Source: a virus. From it: 44,030 nt of DNA. Under the pieces are notes generated by a model, which was not told the DNA's origin, did no database searches, and was given only the letters and a program-made list of their open reading frames with translations. The stretch's first letter is position 1; each line of letters starts with the position of its first letter. The stretch lies in the IMG/VR virus record IMGVR_UViG_3300018915_000002; one strand, 5' to 3'. Both the position numbers and the translations under genes were made by a program. Positions 29,822 through 38,760 of the stretch are shown here, in pieces.

Positions 29822-30292
29822 TTATTTGTTGAGGAATTCGATGTACTTCTCTAGGAGAAGTATCCCTTTGCTGGGCGTGTCCCAGTCAACATACTCGCTC
29901 ACCAAACCGTCATCATCTTCGATGTAGCAGGTCTCCTTTATAGGATGGCTAAGTCTTCCTGAACCATCTTCATTCAGTAGGAGCCGAACGTCTCCCTGTC
30001 CTTTCACATGCTTGATTCGATGGAATCGGTTGAAAATCTCCAGGATTGCGACCAAGAGCTGACGAGTCGGAACTCTTGCGGATAAACCACGGAGGGTTAG
30101 TTCCCAAGGTAGCCACTGCTGGCTACCTTCTTCTCGAAGTAGGCAATAGGATCTGTCTTCGTCTATCAGGACAGTAGCTTTGGTATAGCCGTTTTTTGCG
30201 GCTATTTCCAGTTCTTGAGCAACGTCCTGCCCTCCACAAGCGATTTCTATGTGACCTAGCTCGTTTCCTGCCAAATAAATTGTTAGTTGCAT
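29822..30292 (-). CDS. Hypothetical protein
   Basis: ORF 29822-30319 in the track; ATG at 30292 preferred. Confidence 0.65.
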   Translation of the reverse strand: MQLTIYLAGNELGHIEIACGGQDVAQELEIAAKNGYTKATVLIDEDRSYCLLREEGSQQWLPWELTLRGLSARVPTRQLLVAILEIFNRFHRIKHVKGQGDVRLLLNEDGSGRLSHPIKETCYIEDDDGLVSEYVDWDTPSKGILLLEKYIEFLNK

Positions 30293-30324
30293 CTTAGTTG
30301 TTAGTTGGTTTTGCTTCAAACGAA

Positions 30325-30349
30325 GATAGACCCGGACTCCGGGTCTATC
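30325..30349. repeat. Perfect 12-bp inverted repeat GATAGACCCGGA-C-TCCGGGTCTATC
   Basis: Read directly; intergenic, just downstream of the DUF932 gene. Confidence 0.7.
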
Positions 30350-30357
30350 CTTAGAAG

Positions 30358-31386
30358 TTAGCGCAGGGCGCTAACAATCTGTTTCAACACTTGCTCTTGC
30401 TTGCTTCGCTTAGAGCCAAGCCACAGTGAATTTACGTGTCCTGAGGCTCCGCCGCGTTGGGCGGAATGGTGGTTGTAGTACTCCGTAGTGGAGTTTACTA
30501 AACCCCACGCGGTTTGATACGAGCTGAGTAGTTCGCTGCCAATCGCTGCACCGCAGTAGAGATCAAGTACTTCTTGAACAGCTTTTGGCTGTTCTTCAAG
30601 TTTCTTCTCTTTGTCACCAAGGATTTTGATGACCAATGCGTGAGCGGCTGGCATATCAAGGGAGGTCTGAGACAAGAACTCAGCATCCTCCTTGAATTTA
30701 TCAAAGCCAGTTTTCGCTGACTCTAAAATCTTCGTAACGCGAACTTCTGAATAGGTAGAGGTATGGGCAATCACTTGCCCAGCGACTTTGACGGGTAGCA
30801 CTAACTGGTTAGCGCAGACGAGGCGAGGTGCCATCAAGTCCACCCTTGCTCCGCGCCCACTTTTGTGGGAATTGGTCAAGAGCAATTTGCCCTCGATAAT
30901 GTCGTCCCCAGGCAGGACGAAGCTTTGGTCGGTCTTAGCGACCGCAAAGATGATTCGTCCTGAATCTAATGATCCGAGGCGCTCCATCGTTAACTGCGAT
31001 TTCTCACAGAAACTGATGAAGCTGTTGACTACCTCTTTATTCTGGAATGGTTGCCAGCGGCGAGAAACTGTCCCTAAGTGGATTGGCTCCCCTCCATTGG
31101 GGTTCAGGCGATAAATGATGCGATCGCGATCAGAACCATACTTAAAGTCTGGCCCATACTTAATCCCATCCGCCATAAGAACATCCCAATCCAAGTTTGA
31201 GCGCTTGAGCAGCTCATCTACGTCACTTTTGCCGACAACCTCATTAACTGCCATGCCAACCCCGTGGTATAGCTTCTCGTCTATCTTGGACGTGTTCGCC
31301 AAGTTGTAAGTCCACGGAGTTACCGCGTTCTCTCTTTCGATGGTATCGATCAAGGACTGGTGGCTTTGGTTGTGATTTATGTTCAT
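30358..31386 (-). CDS. DUF932 family phage/plasmid protein (TIGR03299-like)
   Basis: Motifs LDWDV, PFQN, GSLDSGR, LLLTNSH..G, RLVCANQL, HT, TAWGLVNSTTEY. Confidence 0.85.
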   Translation of the reverse strand: MNINHNQSHQSLIDTIERENAVTPWTYNLANTSKIDEKLYHGVGMAVNEVVGKSDVDELLKRSNLDWDVLMADGIKYGPDFKYGSDRDRIIYRLNPNGGEPIHLGTVSRRWQPFQNKEVVNSFISFCEKSQLTMERLGSLDSGRIIFAVAKTDQSFVLPGDDIIEGKLLLTNSHKSGRGARVDLMAPRLVCANQLVLPVKVAGQVIAHTSTYSEVRVTKILESAKTGFDKFKEDAEFLSQTSLDMPAAHALVIKILGDKEKKLEEQPKAVQEVLDLYCGAAIGSELLSSYQTAWGLVNSTTEYYNHHSAQRGGASGHVNSLWLGSKRSKQEQVLKQIVSALR

Positions 31387-31430
31387 GGTTTTTGCTTTGA
31401 AAAAATATGTGATTTTGTGGTCACACTGTT

Positions 31431-31439
31431 ATTATAACA
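31431..31439 (-). promoter_or_regulatory. Extended -10 promoter TGTTATAAT
   Basis: In the AT-rich intergenic region, ~45 nt upstream of the DUF932 ATG. Confidence 0.6.
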
Positions 31440-31479
31440 AATAAATTAAAATATTCTGAAAAAGTTCGCAAAAAACCTG

Positions 31480-31689
31480 TCACGGAGATCCGTGGCAGGG
31501 TGCCTTGTCATCGCCATCAATTTGACAACCTTCGTGGCTGTAGCCAATGAATCGGTCATTGACATACATGTATGCCCAGCGCTGGCTAGGCGAAACAACT
31601 AGTTTTTTGCCGCAAACCAAGCAGTAATTTCCTGGTGGGCGAGTCAAATATTCGTCTGAGAAAGCTTGCCCATCAAAGCGGCTAGGCAT
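31480..31689 (-). CDS. Small CxxC/HxxC putative Zn-binding protein
   Basis: 69 aa; TAATG coupling to the upstream gene; CLVC...HEGC. Confidence 0.6.
   Translation of the reverse strand: MPSRFDGQAFSDEYLTRPPGNYCLVCGKKLVVSPSQRWAYMYVNDRFIGYSHEGCQIDGDDKAPCHGSP
31481..31494. repeat. Palindrome CACGGAGATCCGTG
   Basis: Perfect consensus, upstream of the DUF932 promoter. Confidence 0.85.
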
Positions 31690-32078
31690 TAAAAATAGAC
31701 CATATTTGCGACATCACGAAGCGCGATCGCAACATCTGCTGGCACTCCATAAGCTCCAGTACTCGATTCAATTCTGTCCCAGATGCTGGTCGCTGTGATA
31801 TCTGGTCTCTCCTCAGGATCGGGTGGGGTATAAAGTTGCAGCATCCCACCTTCCGTTGCGATCGGCGTTTCCCCGCGCCAGAGGTTTTCCCCAGTTGCGT
31901 ATTCTTCCTCTCCCCCTTGTCGCCAACGAACCAAGGTATACACACTCACTTGGGCGTATCCTGTCACTCGGTAGATGGTTCCTGGGGGGAGAGTACTCTG
32001 AGCGATCGCAGCGGCTGTTCCGCCAATACCGTCAGGAATCTGCTCAAGACGACAGAAGAATGGAAAGGGTTTTAGCAT
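31689..32078 (-). CDS. Hypothetical protein
   Basis: 129-aa ORF in a tightly packed minus-strand operon. Confidence 0.65.
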   Translation of the reverse strand: MLKPFPFFCRLEQIPDGIGGTAAAIAQSTLPPGTIYRVTGYAQVSVYTLVRWRQGGEEEYATGENLWRGETPIATEGGMLQLYTPPDPEERPDITATSIWDRIESSTGAYGVPADVAIALRDVANMVYF

Positions 32079-32094
32079 GAACGACCGCTAAAAT

Positions 32095-32457
32095 TTAAGT
32101 GATTGCTTTGTTTTCTAAGTCAACATAATCCGCAACTTTTTCCTTTGCCTGCATTAGCAGAATAACCGCGTCCGTTAGCAACGGATGAGCGCCAGAACCT
32201 TCAACGGCTTGGATAGCTTGATGAATTACCATCTCAGCCGGAGTCAGCAAATCAAGTTGATTGCGACGTGGGATTTGAGAGTATTTGTCTTGATGCTCAA
32301 ACGAACTAATTAATGGGTAGTCAGATTGAATCCTTCGCATAGGGACAATATCTTTAAGCTGTTGTTCGTACTGGTCATATACCGAGGGTTCGTAAGTTTT
32401 GATTTCGGTAATGGGTAATGGGGTTGCGAGTTCCGAATGTTCGGGATTGTCTTGCAT
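32095..32457 (-). CDS. Hypothetical phage protein
   Basis: 120 aa; helical C-terminal domain IPRRNQLDLLTPAE...HPLLTDAVILL...VADYVD. Confidence 0.7.
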   Translation of the reverse strand: MQDNPEHSELATPLPITEIKTYEPSVYDQYEQQLKDIVPMRRIQSDYPLISSFEHQDKYSQIPRRNQLDLLTPAEMVIHQAIQAVEGSGAHPLLTDAVILLMQAKEKVADYVDLENKAIT

Positions 32458-32484
32458 TCTTTTGGTTTGTGAATAACGGCTTCT

Positions 32485-33225
32485 TTAGCTATTGTGTACC
32501 ACAAGCCAAGCCGCGATCGCCTCATAGCAATTCTTGGCACTTAGAACATCTTCAATCCCTGTCCCCTGAACGCCTGGGGCAGAATTGAAATCAATCGCCA
32601 GCCGTCGCTCCATTCCTTGCCACGCCACAAAGTCAATAGCGAAAATAGGATACTGACCAAAGGGACGGATTCGCTCTCCTTCGTCCCAGAACCCGAACAC
32701 TTCACTTAATACCTTGATGTCAGTGTCCACGGCATAGTTGGAGAGCCAACTGCCCTTACCTGTATATTTAAGCCACCAAGCGCGATCGCCAATTTGCAGG
32801 TAACGGTAGGATATCGCTTCCTCCTCTGGGTTCTCTGTTGTGGGGATAAATACCGAGTAAGGTAGTCCTCGATATTCCCTAAACGCTTTGACTGGATCAA
32901 CCAGTTGCTTCCCCTCTCCTCGATGCGCCAAATCATCGGTATACACGACGGCTTTGATATTGGAGAGCGATTTCACCTTGATGCTTTCCTGCCACCAGTT
33001 CATAAACTCCGGATCTCCCACTCTTCCAAAAAGAGGAGTGTCCAGTCCCGCCTCAGTTAGAAGCTGGAACTGTTCTAACTTTGACATCGTTGTCCGACTA
33101 TGGCGATTGAACACGACTACGGCTGGAGTGTCCCGCCGAGCAAACCAATGATCGTAATAATCTCTGTAGTCGGAATTTAAGTGAATATACGAGGGAAACA
33201 CGCGGGAGATTGATAGCCCCGTCAA
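32485..33225 (-). CDS. ATP-grasp-like protein, 5' end interrupted by an IS605 insertion
   Basis: SKLEQFQLLTEAGLDTP, AIDFV and IDFNSAPG resemble RimK-like ATP-grasp motifs. The annotated TTG start lies inside the IS left end. Confidence 0.6.
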   Translation of the reverse strand: MTGLSISRVFPSYIHLNSDYRDYYDHWFARRDTPAVVVFNRHSRTTMSKLEQFQLLTEAGLDTPLFGRVGDPEFMNWWQESIKVKSLSNIKAVVYTDDLAHRGEGKQLVDPVKAFREYRGLPYSVFIPTTENPEEEAISYRYLQIGDRAWWLKYTGKGSWLSNYAVDTDIKVLSEVFGFWDEGERIRPFGQYPIFAIDFVAWQGMERRLAIDFNSAPGVQGTGIEDVLSAKNCYEAIAAWLVVHNS

Positions 33226-33274
33226 TTCATTGCGGGGTGGAAAAGCGACTCGGCAGTTTTAACTGCCGTAAATA

Positions 33275-33679
33275 CTAGGAATGGTGTGGGTCATTAATGT
33301 ACTCAGTAATTTTAGCGGTAGTCACTTTACCCGTAGTGTCATAGAAATAAGAATGCGTCCAGAGGGTAGGTAGCTTAAGTAGATGAGGGAACTCTTTTCT
33401 AAGTAACCGAGATGAACGCCCTTTGAATGCCTTTACAACTGAGTTAATTGGTGTTTTTGGGTCGTACTCCACCAATAAGTGAACATGGTCTGGAGCGATT
33501 TCCATAGCCCTTATAATCCATCCCTTTTCTACTGCTACATCCGTAAGAATCTGACTTAACCTAAGCCTGACCTCTCCAACGAGGACAGGCTTTCTGCGTT
33601 TAGGTATCCAGACTAAATGGACATTTGCCATTCCCACTGAATGTCTAGTGCGGTTGTATTGCCGTTCTTGGGTATTCAT
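33275..33679 (-). CDS. tnpA: IS200-type Y1 HUH transposase
   Basis: HLVWIPKRRK, DHVHLL (HUH), KGRSSR, LW..SY, EYI. Confidence 0.95.
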   Translation of the reverse strand: MNTQERQYNRTRHSVGMANVHLVWIPKRRKPVLVGEVRLRLSQILTDVAVEKGWIIRAMEIAPDHVHLLVEYDPKTPINSVVKAFKGRSSRLLRKEFPHLLKLPTLWTHSYFYDTTGKVTTAKITEYINDPHHS

Positions 33680-33742
33680 TTACTTAGAAATGCGGTACAC
33701 TCTTATTGTATATAAGTAACGTCCTTCAACAGGAGCAAGTTT

Positions 33743-35125
33743 TTGCCTCGTTCCCAAACCCCATCATTTGTTGCTACCCTGCCGCTAAGAACCTCCAGCT
33801 CCGACGAGAAAGAACTAGAGGCAAGATTCAATGCAGCACAGAACTTATATAACGCTGTCTTAAGTGAATCTAAAAAGCGGTTGGAATTGGTACGCAATAG
33901 TGAGGCTTATTCTGAGGCAAGAAGTACCCCCAAGAAAGACAAGAAGCTTCGTTCCGAGCGGTTTAAAACAGCAAGAGCAGCTTACCGTTACTCTGAATAT
34001 GACCTGCATGAGTTTGCCGCACGTACAGCCAAAGCATCAAAATGGATAGCCCAGAAAGTAGATGCTCAAGCAGTGCAGACAATTGCGACTCGTGCCTTCA
34101 AGGCATCTGAACGGATGTTAGTCGGCAACGCCAAGAAGGTCAGATTCAAGGGGAAGGGACGCTACCGCTCAGTTGAGGGGAAAACCAATAAACAGGGCAT
34201 TCGGTTCAAGGATGAATGTTTGGTTTGGGGTAAACTTCAGATTCCCATCCTCATTGACAAGAATGACCCTGTTGTCCTGCATTCTCTGGGTTCTCCTATT
34301 AAGTTCTGTCGGGTTGTCAGGAAGAACATCAAAGGTAGACAGCGCTGGTATATCCAGCTTGTCTGTGAAGGTTCTCCTTATGTCAAACCCAAGAACAAGT
34401 TAGGAGAAGGAGTGGTCGGGGTTGACCTTAATGTTTCTGCCGCTGGGATTGTTTCTGACCAAGAAGCATCTCTTTCTAGTTTCTGCTCAGAACTTGAGTA
34501 TCGAGAGCAAGAAATCAAGAGACTTCAGCGGCAAAACTCTCGACAACTTCGTGCCAACAATCCCCAGAATTACGAACCAGACTTTAAGGCTCGACGGGGA
34601 AACAAAACCGTAACTAAAAAAGGAAAGGTCAAGAAAGGTTCTAAACAGTGGAGCCGCAGCAAGCGTTACCTCAAAATCCAAGCCAAAAAAGCAGAGATTC
34701 AGAGGTGTCAACAAGAACACCGGAAATCTCTGCATGGGCAGTTGGTGAATGAGGTTATTCGCCAAGGCAACCACTTCAAAATGGAAAAGGTTTCTGTCAA
34801 GGCGTGGCAGAAGAACTGGGGGAAACAGATTGGTTATAAAGCCCCAGGAGAATTCCAATCCCGCTTAGTCCGCAAGGCTGAAAGTGCTGGCGGACAAGTG
34901 GACAAGTTTTCTTGCCAAAAAACAAAACTCTCCCAAACTTGTGTGTGTGGGAGAGTTGAGAAAAAGTCGCTGTCTCAACGCATTCATCTGTGTGAGTGCG
35001 GAGTAAAAGTTAAACGAGATGTACTGAGCGCATTTCTGGCAAGAAGCGTCACTGACGATAGTCTCATCATGCCCTCAGTCCTTGATGACTGGGGAAGGTT
35101 GGAAACAGCGCTTAGGCAGGTATGA
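33743..35125 (+). CDS. tnpB: RNA-guided nuclease TnpB
   Basis: RuvC-I GVDLN, RuvC-II MEKVS, Zn finger CVCG...CECG, RuvC-III RDVLSA. Confidence 0.92.
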   Translation: MPRSQTPSFVATLPLRTSSSDEKELEARFNAAQNLYNAVLSESKKRLELVRNSEAYSEARSTPKKDKKLRSERFKTARAAYRYSEYDLHEFAARTAKASKWIAQKVDAQAVQTIATRAFKASERMLVGNAKKVRFKGKGRYRSVEGKTNKQGIRFKDECLVWGKLQIPILIDKNDPVVLHSLGSPIKFCRVVRKNIKGRQRWYIQLVCEGSPYVKPKNKLGEGVVGVDLNVSAAGIVSDQEASLSSFCSELEYREQEIKRLQRQNSRQLRANNPQNYEPDFKARRGNKTVTKKGKVKKGSKQWSRSKRYLKIQAKKAEIQRCQQEHRKSLHGQLVNEVIRQGNHFKMEKVSVKAWQKNWGKQIGYKAPGEFQSRLVRKAESAGGQVDKFSCQKTKLSQTCVCGRVEKKSLSQRIHLCECGVKVKRDVLSAFLARSVTDDSLIMPSVLDDWGRLETALRQV

Positions 35126-35311
35126 TGAGTAGCAAGTTGCGAGCAAGTAAGCGTTGCCGAAAGCAGGAAATGTCAGTTTTCCTCAGAGCAATTCTGCCTG
35201 AAAGTCTTCAAGAAGTAAGGGAGTCGAAGGCAACAGGTCAAACGAAACCTTATGTATTGAAGAACCCCCGTTTTTCTAAAACGGGGAGTTCTCAGACCAC
35301 GGAACTCCGTG
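35126..35311 (+). ncRNA. Predicted TnpB omega/reRNA (right-end scaffold plus flank-derived guide 35296-35311)
   Basis: Inferred from established TnpB biology; 5' boundary unknown. Confidence 0.5.
35298..35311. repeat. Palindrome CACGGAACTCCGTG (abutting the IS right end)
   Basis: Perfect consensus. Confidence 0.85.
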
Positions 35312-35312
35312 C

Positions 35313-35636
35313 CTAAACATCTGGCAATTCTACCGTTTTTCCTGCGAGTGAGTGAGTGCAGTCGTCGAGGAAGCGAATCATGCCATCTTCCACAAAACTG
35401 TGGCACCGGAAGATCAGTTCCCCACTATCCTTTTGTGCCTTGGCATTAATTGAAGGGAAGAAGGTCGGTTTATCGAAACTGCCTGTAAACGCCCAGGAGG
35501 CTCCCATCGCATTCTTGTAGGGAGAGATGTAAACTTCGTGGCTCATCCCACAGCCAGGACAGTCGAACATATAGGCGACTGTCTTGAGTACGCCATTCTC
35601 TTCATCTGGTTCCTGGATGGATAGTAGTTTAGCCAT
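35313..35636 (-). CDS. DUF6527-like Zn-binding protein
   Basis: FDCPGCGMSH, W.FTGS.DKPTFFPSI, CHSFVEDG.I.FLDDCTHSLAG. Confidence 0.75.
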   Translation of the reverse strand: MAKLLSIQEPDEENGVLKTVAYMFDCPGCGMSHEVYISPYKNAMGASWAFTGSFDKPTFFPSINAKAQKDSGELIFRCHSFVEDGMIRFLDDCTHSLAGKTVELPDV

Positions 35637-35700
35637 GTTTAGATCGTGTGTAGCTCTCGTTCAGTCTATACACAGCCTACACACAGAGTAAACACCATCT
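35636..35700 (-). repeat. ~65-bp 5'-UTR repeat element, copy A
   Basis: Ungapped 52/65 identity with 36838-36902. Confidence 0.8.
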
Positions 35701-36139
35701 AACTCACCGAATCCGCAAATGCGATCGCCATCCGCTTGCAGTCGTCCAATGTTTTGGCTTTGAAGCCAATGGGAAGGGAGCGATCAGCTTCTGGATGTTC
35801 TTTCAAATACGCCTTAGTCCAACCGGAAGAGGCTGTACAATCCCCCTTTTTAACAACGTCTCCGACACTGAAGCCACACAAAGCCCTATGACTCCAGCCG
35901 TACCACTGCTGTCCTTCAGCAGAAAACCCGATGGAGCAAACTTGGTTACCGGGAATGCATTCAGGCTCAATTCCTAACCCATAAAGGAAACCAGCAGTAT
36001 CAAGGTCGCCAATATATTCACCCTTCTGGGTATACGTTGATTCCACTTCTACGGGTTCATCTTCCCCGTAAGTTAATTTTTCCTTCCTAATTTCAAACCC
36101 TCTAGCGTCTTGCCGTGACTCAATTACATCTCGCTGCAT
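35699..36139 (-). CDS. Hypothetical phage protein
   Basis: 146 aa; CSIGFS...WYGWSHRA.CGF.VGD...MAIAFADSVS. Confidence 0.75.
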   Translation of the reverse strand: MQRDVIESRQDARGFEIRKEKLTYGEDEPVEVESTYTQKGEYIGDLDTAGFLYGLGIEPECIPGNQVCSIGFSAEGQQWYGWSHRALCGFSVGDVVKKGDCTASSGWTKAYLKEHPEADRSLPIGFKAKTLDDCKRMAIAFADSVS

Positions 36140-36422
36140 TCGCCTCTTTAGCCTCCATCAATTGTTCCACCACATATCCGTCTTCCAGTAGTGCGTGAGA
36201 GCAGATCCCATACATACTGAATGTTGATTGCCCCCTGTACAATTCCACCAGTTTTGTCCGTGCCCTCAAGTATTCGAGGTCATACCGTGAGGCGACCAGC
36301 CTCACGGCTTGATAAAAATCGTGGCAGCTTATCGCGTCCCACACCGGATCGTAAGCAGGGTTTCTTCTTGGTAAATCTAAAAGCCCTTTAGGTAGGACAA
36401 AATGGCTAATCTTCATTGTCAA
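36120..36422 (-). CDS. Hypothetical protein
   Basis: 100-aa ORF overlapping its neighbours in the operon. Confidence 0.6.
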   Translation of the reverse strand: MTMKISHFVLPKGLLDLPRRNPAYDPVWDAISCHDFYQAVRLVASRYDLEYLRARTKLVELYRGQSTFSMYGICSHALLEDGYVVEQLMEAKEANAARCN

Positions 36423-36792
36423 TAATGCAATTCTTCTTCAATTCTTCAAAACCTTTGGCAATTTGGTCAAGCTTGTCATCCTCCTCCTCTTCAAGGGCAA
36501 TTAGCTCGTTCCTCGCCTGAGTCTTTACCAGCAGCAGTTCATTGAGCTTCATGTGGGTGGCTCGTGAATCTCTAGCCTGAGTATTCAACAGAGCCGTTGT
36601 TGTGATCCAGGTGTAGATGGTCGTGAAGGTATTGATGATCAGTTGATGAGTATTGGTGAATCCATAAATCAGTCCGGTCACAAGCCAAACGATTAGGATG
36701 CCAATGTTGATCATCATCGCGATAGGAGAGGCAAGCCAATTTGTCAGTGTGCGACTAAACCGTGTGAAGCGATTACCAATTGTTCTAAGCAT
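36406..36792 (-). CDS. Low-affinity iron permease family (Fet4-like) membrane protein
   Basis: W.VTG..YGF.NT.QLIINT.TTI.T......NTQ.RD..A.H.KL.ELL.....ARNELI.LEE signature; AAGGA RBS. Confidence 0.85.
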   Translation of the reverse strand: MLRTIGNRFTRFSRTLTNWLASPIAMMINIGILIVWLVTGLIYGFTNTHQLIINTFTTIYTWITTTALLNTQARDSRATHMKLNELLLVKTQARNELIALEEEEDDKLDQIAKGFEELKKNCIIDNED

Positions 36793-36837
36793 GTAATTCC
36801 TTTAAAAGTCGCCACGGGACTCCGTGTCCAGAACATC

Positions 36838-36902
36838 TGTATAGACCGTGTTTAGATCTCGTTTAGTCTGTATACACGCAATACACAGACTAAACAGCAT
36901 CT
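36838..36902 (-). repeat. ~65-bp 5'-UTR repeat element, copy B
   Basis: Ungapped 52/65 identity with 35636-35700. Confidence 0.8.
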
Positions 36903-36969
36903 GTATTCCAGTCACGTCTTTGTGCAAGCAAGTAACCTCTTATTCAGTGACATCCTCTGCCGCTAATTC

Positions 36970-38238
36970 TTACGAATATAGCGGCAGCTTCCCAACCTCA
37001 CAATTGGGCATTCCTACTTCATCCGGAGTGCAACCACTTAACCGTCGATAGGCAGCCACCGTGAGTCCCACGGCAGTTAATGCTTTATGCAAAACATTGA
37101 TTGCGGCATTTTCATCTCTGTCCATTTCCAGACTACACTTTGGGCATTCATGAAGCCGAACAGCTAACGTCTTGGGTACTTTAGTGCCGCAACTAGAACA
37201 ATCTACTGTGGTGTTGTGGGGGCTGACCTTAACAAGATCTACGCCGCATCTTAGTGCCACTGCTTCTAATATTGCCAGGAACTTACCCCAAGCCACATCG
37301 TAAATTGATTTAGCTAAACGTGTTTTAGCTAATCCCTTAATGTTTAAGTCTTCAACAGCTATTAAGTCATACTTTTTGACAAGTTGATGAGCGACATTGT
37401 AATGAAACATCTCTCGCTTCCTACCTATGCGTTGGTGGATGCGAGAGATTTTTTCTTTTTGAGCTTGCGCGTTAATAGAACTAGGTACTTTCTTGGCTAA
37501 GCGCTTCTGTTGACGAGCAAGGTGCTTCTGGGTTTTTCTATAGTGTTGTTGGACTTCTACAGATTCACCTTCAGATGTTACGAGAAAAGACTTGAGTCCT
37601 AGGTCAACACCTACTGCACTCTTAATTTCATCAATAGGCTTGGGACTTGGGATAGAATCGTCTTCTAGGGAAACAGCGATGTACCATCCATCAGCTTTCT
37701 TGACGATAGTTGCAGTTTTTAACTCAAATCCGTCAGGGAGTGGACGGTGCATAATGACCGGCATTGACCCTATCTTGGATAAGGTTAAAACACCATCATC
37801 AATCTTGTTTACTCCAGCTTTTGGACAGTTGATTCTGGGAAAGGTGAACGAACGCATTTCTCCTTTCTTTTTGAACCTAGGTCTACCCGCTTTCTTGCCC
37901 GACTTGTCAGGTTTTATCCACCTCTCCCAAGCTTTGTCTAGACGCTTGAGATTCTGCTGCTGAACTTCAGAGTGAATTTCTTTGTACGCAGGAAAGAGTT
38001 GTTTGGTTTGCTTTAGTTCTCCAGCTTGAAAGTTATATCCAGGAAACTTGTCAGGGATGTCGCCAATTGCTTCTGAAACTAAGCTGCATCTATCAATCTG
38101 GCATCGTGTTCTACGCAGCCAGTCAAATCGCTGTCCGAGGGCGTAGTTGAAATGCCACCTCAACAACTCTAGCCAGTCATCCATGATGGCGACTTGCTCA
38201 GTAGAAGGCTTAACTCTGTAGATGTGCGTTAGTCTCAT
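36970..38238 (-). CDS. tnpB: RNA-guided nuclease TnpB
   Basis: HTH_OrfB-like N-terminus, GVDLG, AVEDL, CSSC...CPKC, DRDENAAIN. Confidence 0.95.
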   Translation of the reverse strand: MRLTHIYRVKPSTEQVAIMDDWLELLRWHFNYALGQRFDWLRRTRCQIDRCSLVSEAIGDIPDKFPGYNFQAGELKQTKQLFPAYKEIHSEVQQQNLKRLDKAWERWIKPDKSGKKAGRPRFKKKGEMRSFTFPRINCPKAGVNKIDDGVLTLSKIGSMPVIMHRPLPDGFELKTATIVKKADGWYIAVSLEDDSIPSPKPIDEIKSAVGVDLGLKSFLVTSEGESVEVQQHYRKTQKHLARQQKRLAKKVPSSINAQAQKEKISRIHQRIGRKREMFHYNVAHQLVKKYDLIAVEDLNIKGLAKTRLAKSIYDVAWGKFLAILEAVALRCGVDLVKVSPHNTTVDCSSCGTKVPKTLAVRLHECPKCSLEMDRDENAAINVLHKALTAVGLTVAAYRRLSGCTPDEVGMPNCEVGKLPLYS

Positions 38239-38273
38239 GGGATATACTTTACATTAGTGTTTGGCTTAGTGCA

Positions 38274-38681
38274 ATGGCGTATCACATTACATCTGGAGCG
38301 TGTTACAGACTTCAGGTACATTTAGTGCTTGTCACCAAGTATCGGAAAAAGGTCATCAACAAAGAGATGCTTAATCGTTTGGAACAAATCTTCCGAGATA
38401 CCTGTTTTAAGTGGGAATCAAGCGTAGTGGAATTCAACGGAGAAGCAGACCACGTACACTTGTTGGTTGACTATAATCCCAAGGTGCAAATTAGTAAGTT
38501 TGTAAACAACTTAAAAACAGTTAGCAGTCGGCTAATCAGAAAAGAGTTTGCTAGTCATATTGAGCCGTTTTACTACAAGCCAGTATTTTGGACAGGGACT
38601 TATTTCGCTGCTAGCTGTGGTGGTGTAACGCTAGAGCAACTTAAAGCTTACGTCCAAAACCAAGAAGCTCCAGAAGAATAG
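38274..38681 (+). CDS. tnpA: IS200-type Y1 HUH transposase
   Basis: HLVLVTKYR, DHVHLL, KTVSSR, FW..TYF, AYVQNQ. Confidence 0.95.
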   Translation: MAYHITSGACYRLQVHLVLVTKYRKKVINKEMLNRLEQIFRDTCFKWESSVVEFNGEADHVHLLVDYNPKVQISKFVNNLKTVSSRLIRKEFASHIEPFYYKPVFWTGTYFAASCGGVTLEQLKAYVQNQEAPEE

Positions 38682-38760
38682 TGTTGCTACGCTCTTTTAT
38701 GCTGGCTTCAATTCCCCTGCCACTAAGCTTCGCTATAGTGGCAGTACCCTTTCAGCTATT

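Larger units (their letters stand above)
33191..35295 (+). mobile_element. IS200/IS605-family element (divergent tnpA + tnpB)
   Basis: Left-end hairpin CCCCGTCAATTCATTGCGGGG from 33217. Right-end hairpin CCCCGTTTT-TCT-AAAACGGGG (35266-35286), preceded by guide GAAC and followed by TCAG (35292-35295), fitting the IS608 guide/cleavage pairing rule. Left boundary less certain (33191-33215). Confidence 0.85.

Noticed and set aside
33210-33214. TTGAT as the IS target (ISDra2-like)
   Set aside because: It lies almost directly against the hairpin, leaving no room for the usual spacer and guide; ATAC at 33187-33190 fits the pairing rule better. Not fully excluded.
33743-35125. Nuclease-dead TnpB (TldR-like) regulator
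   Set aside because: The RuvC D/E/D residues appear intact, and tnpA and both IS ends are present.
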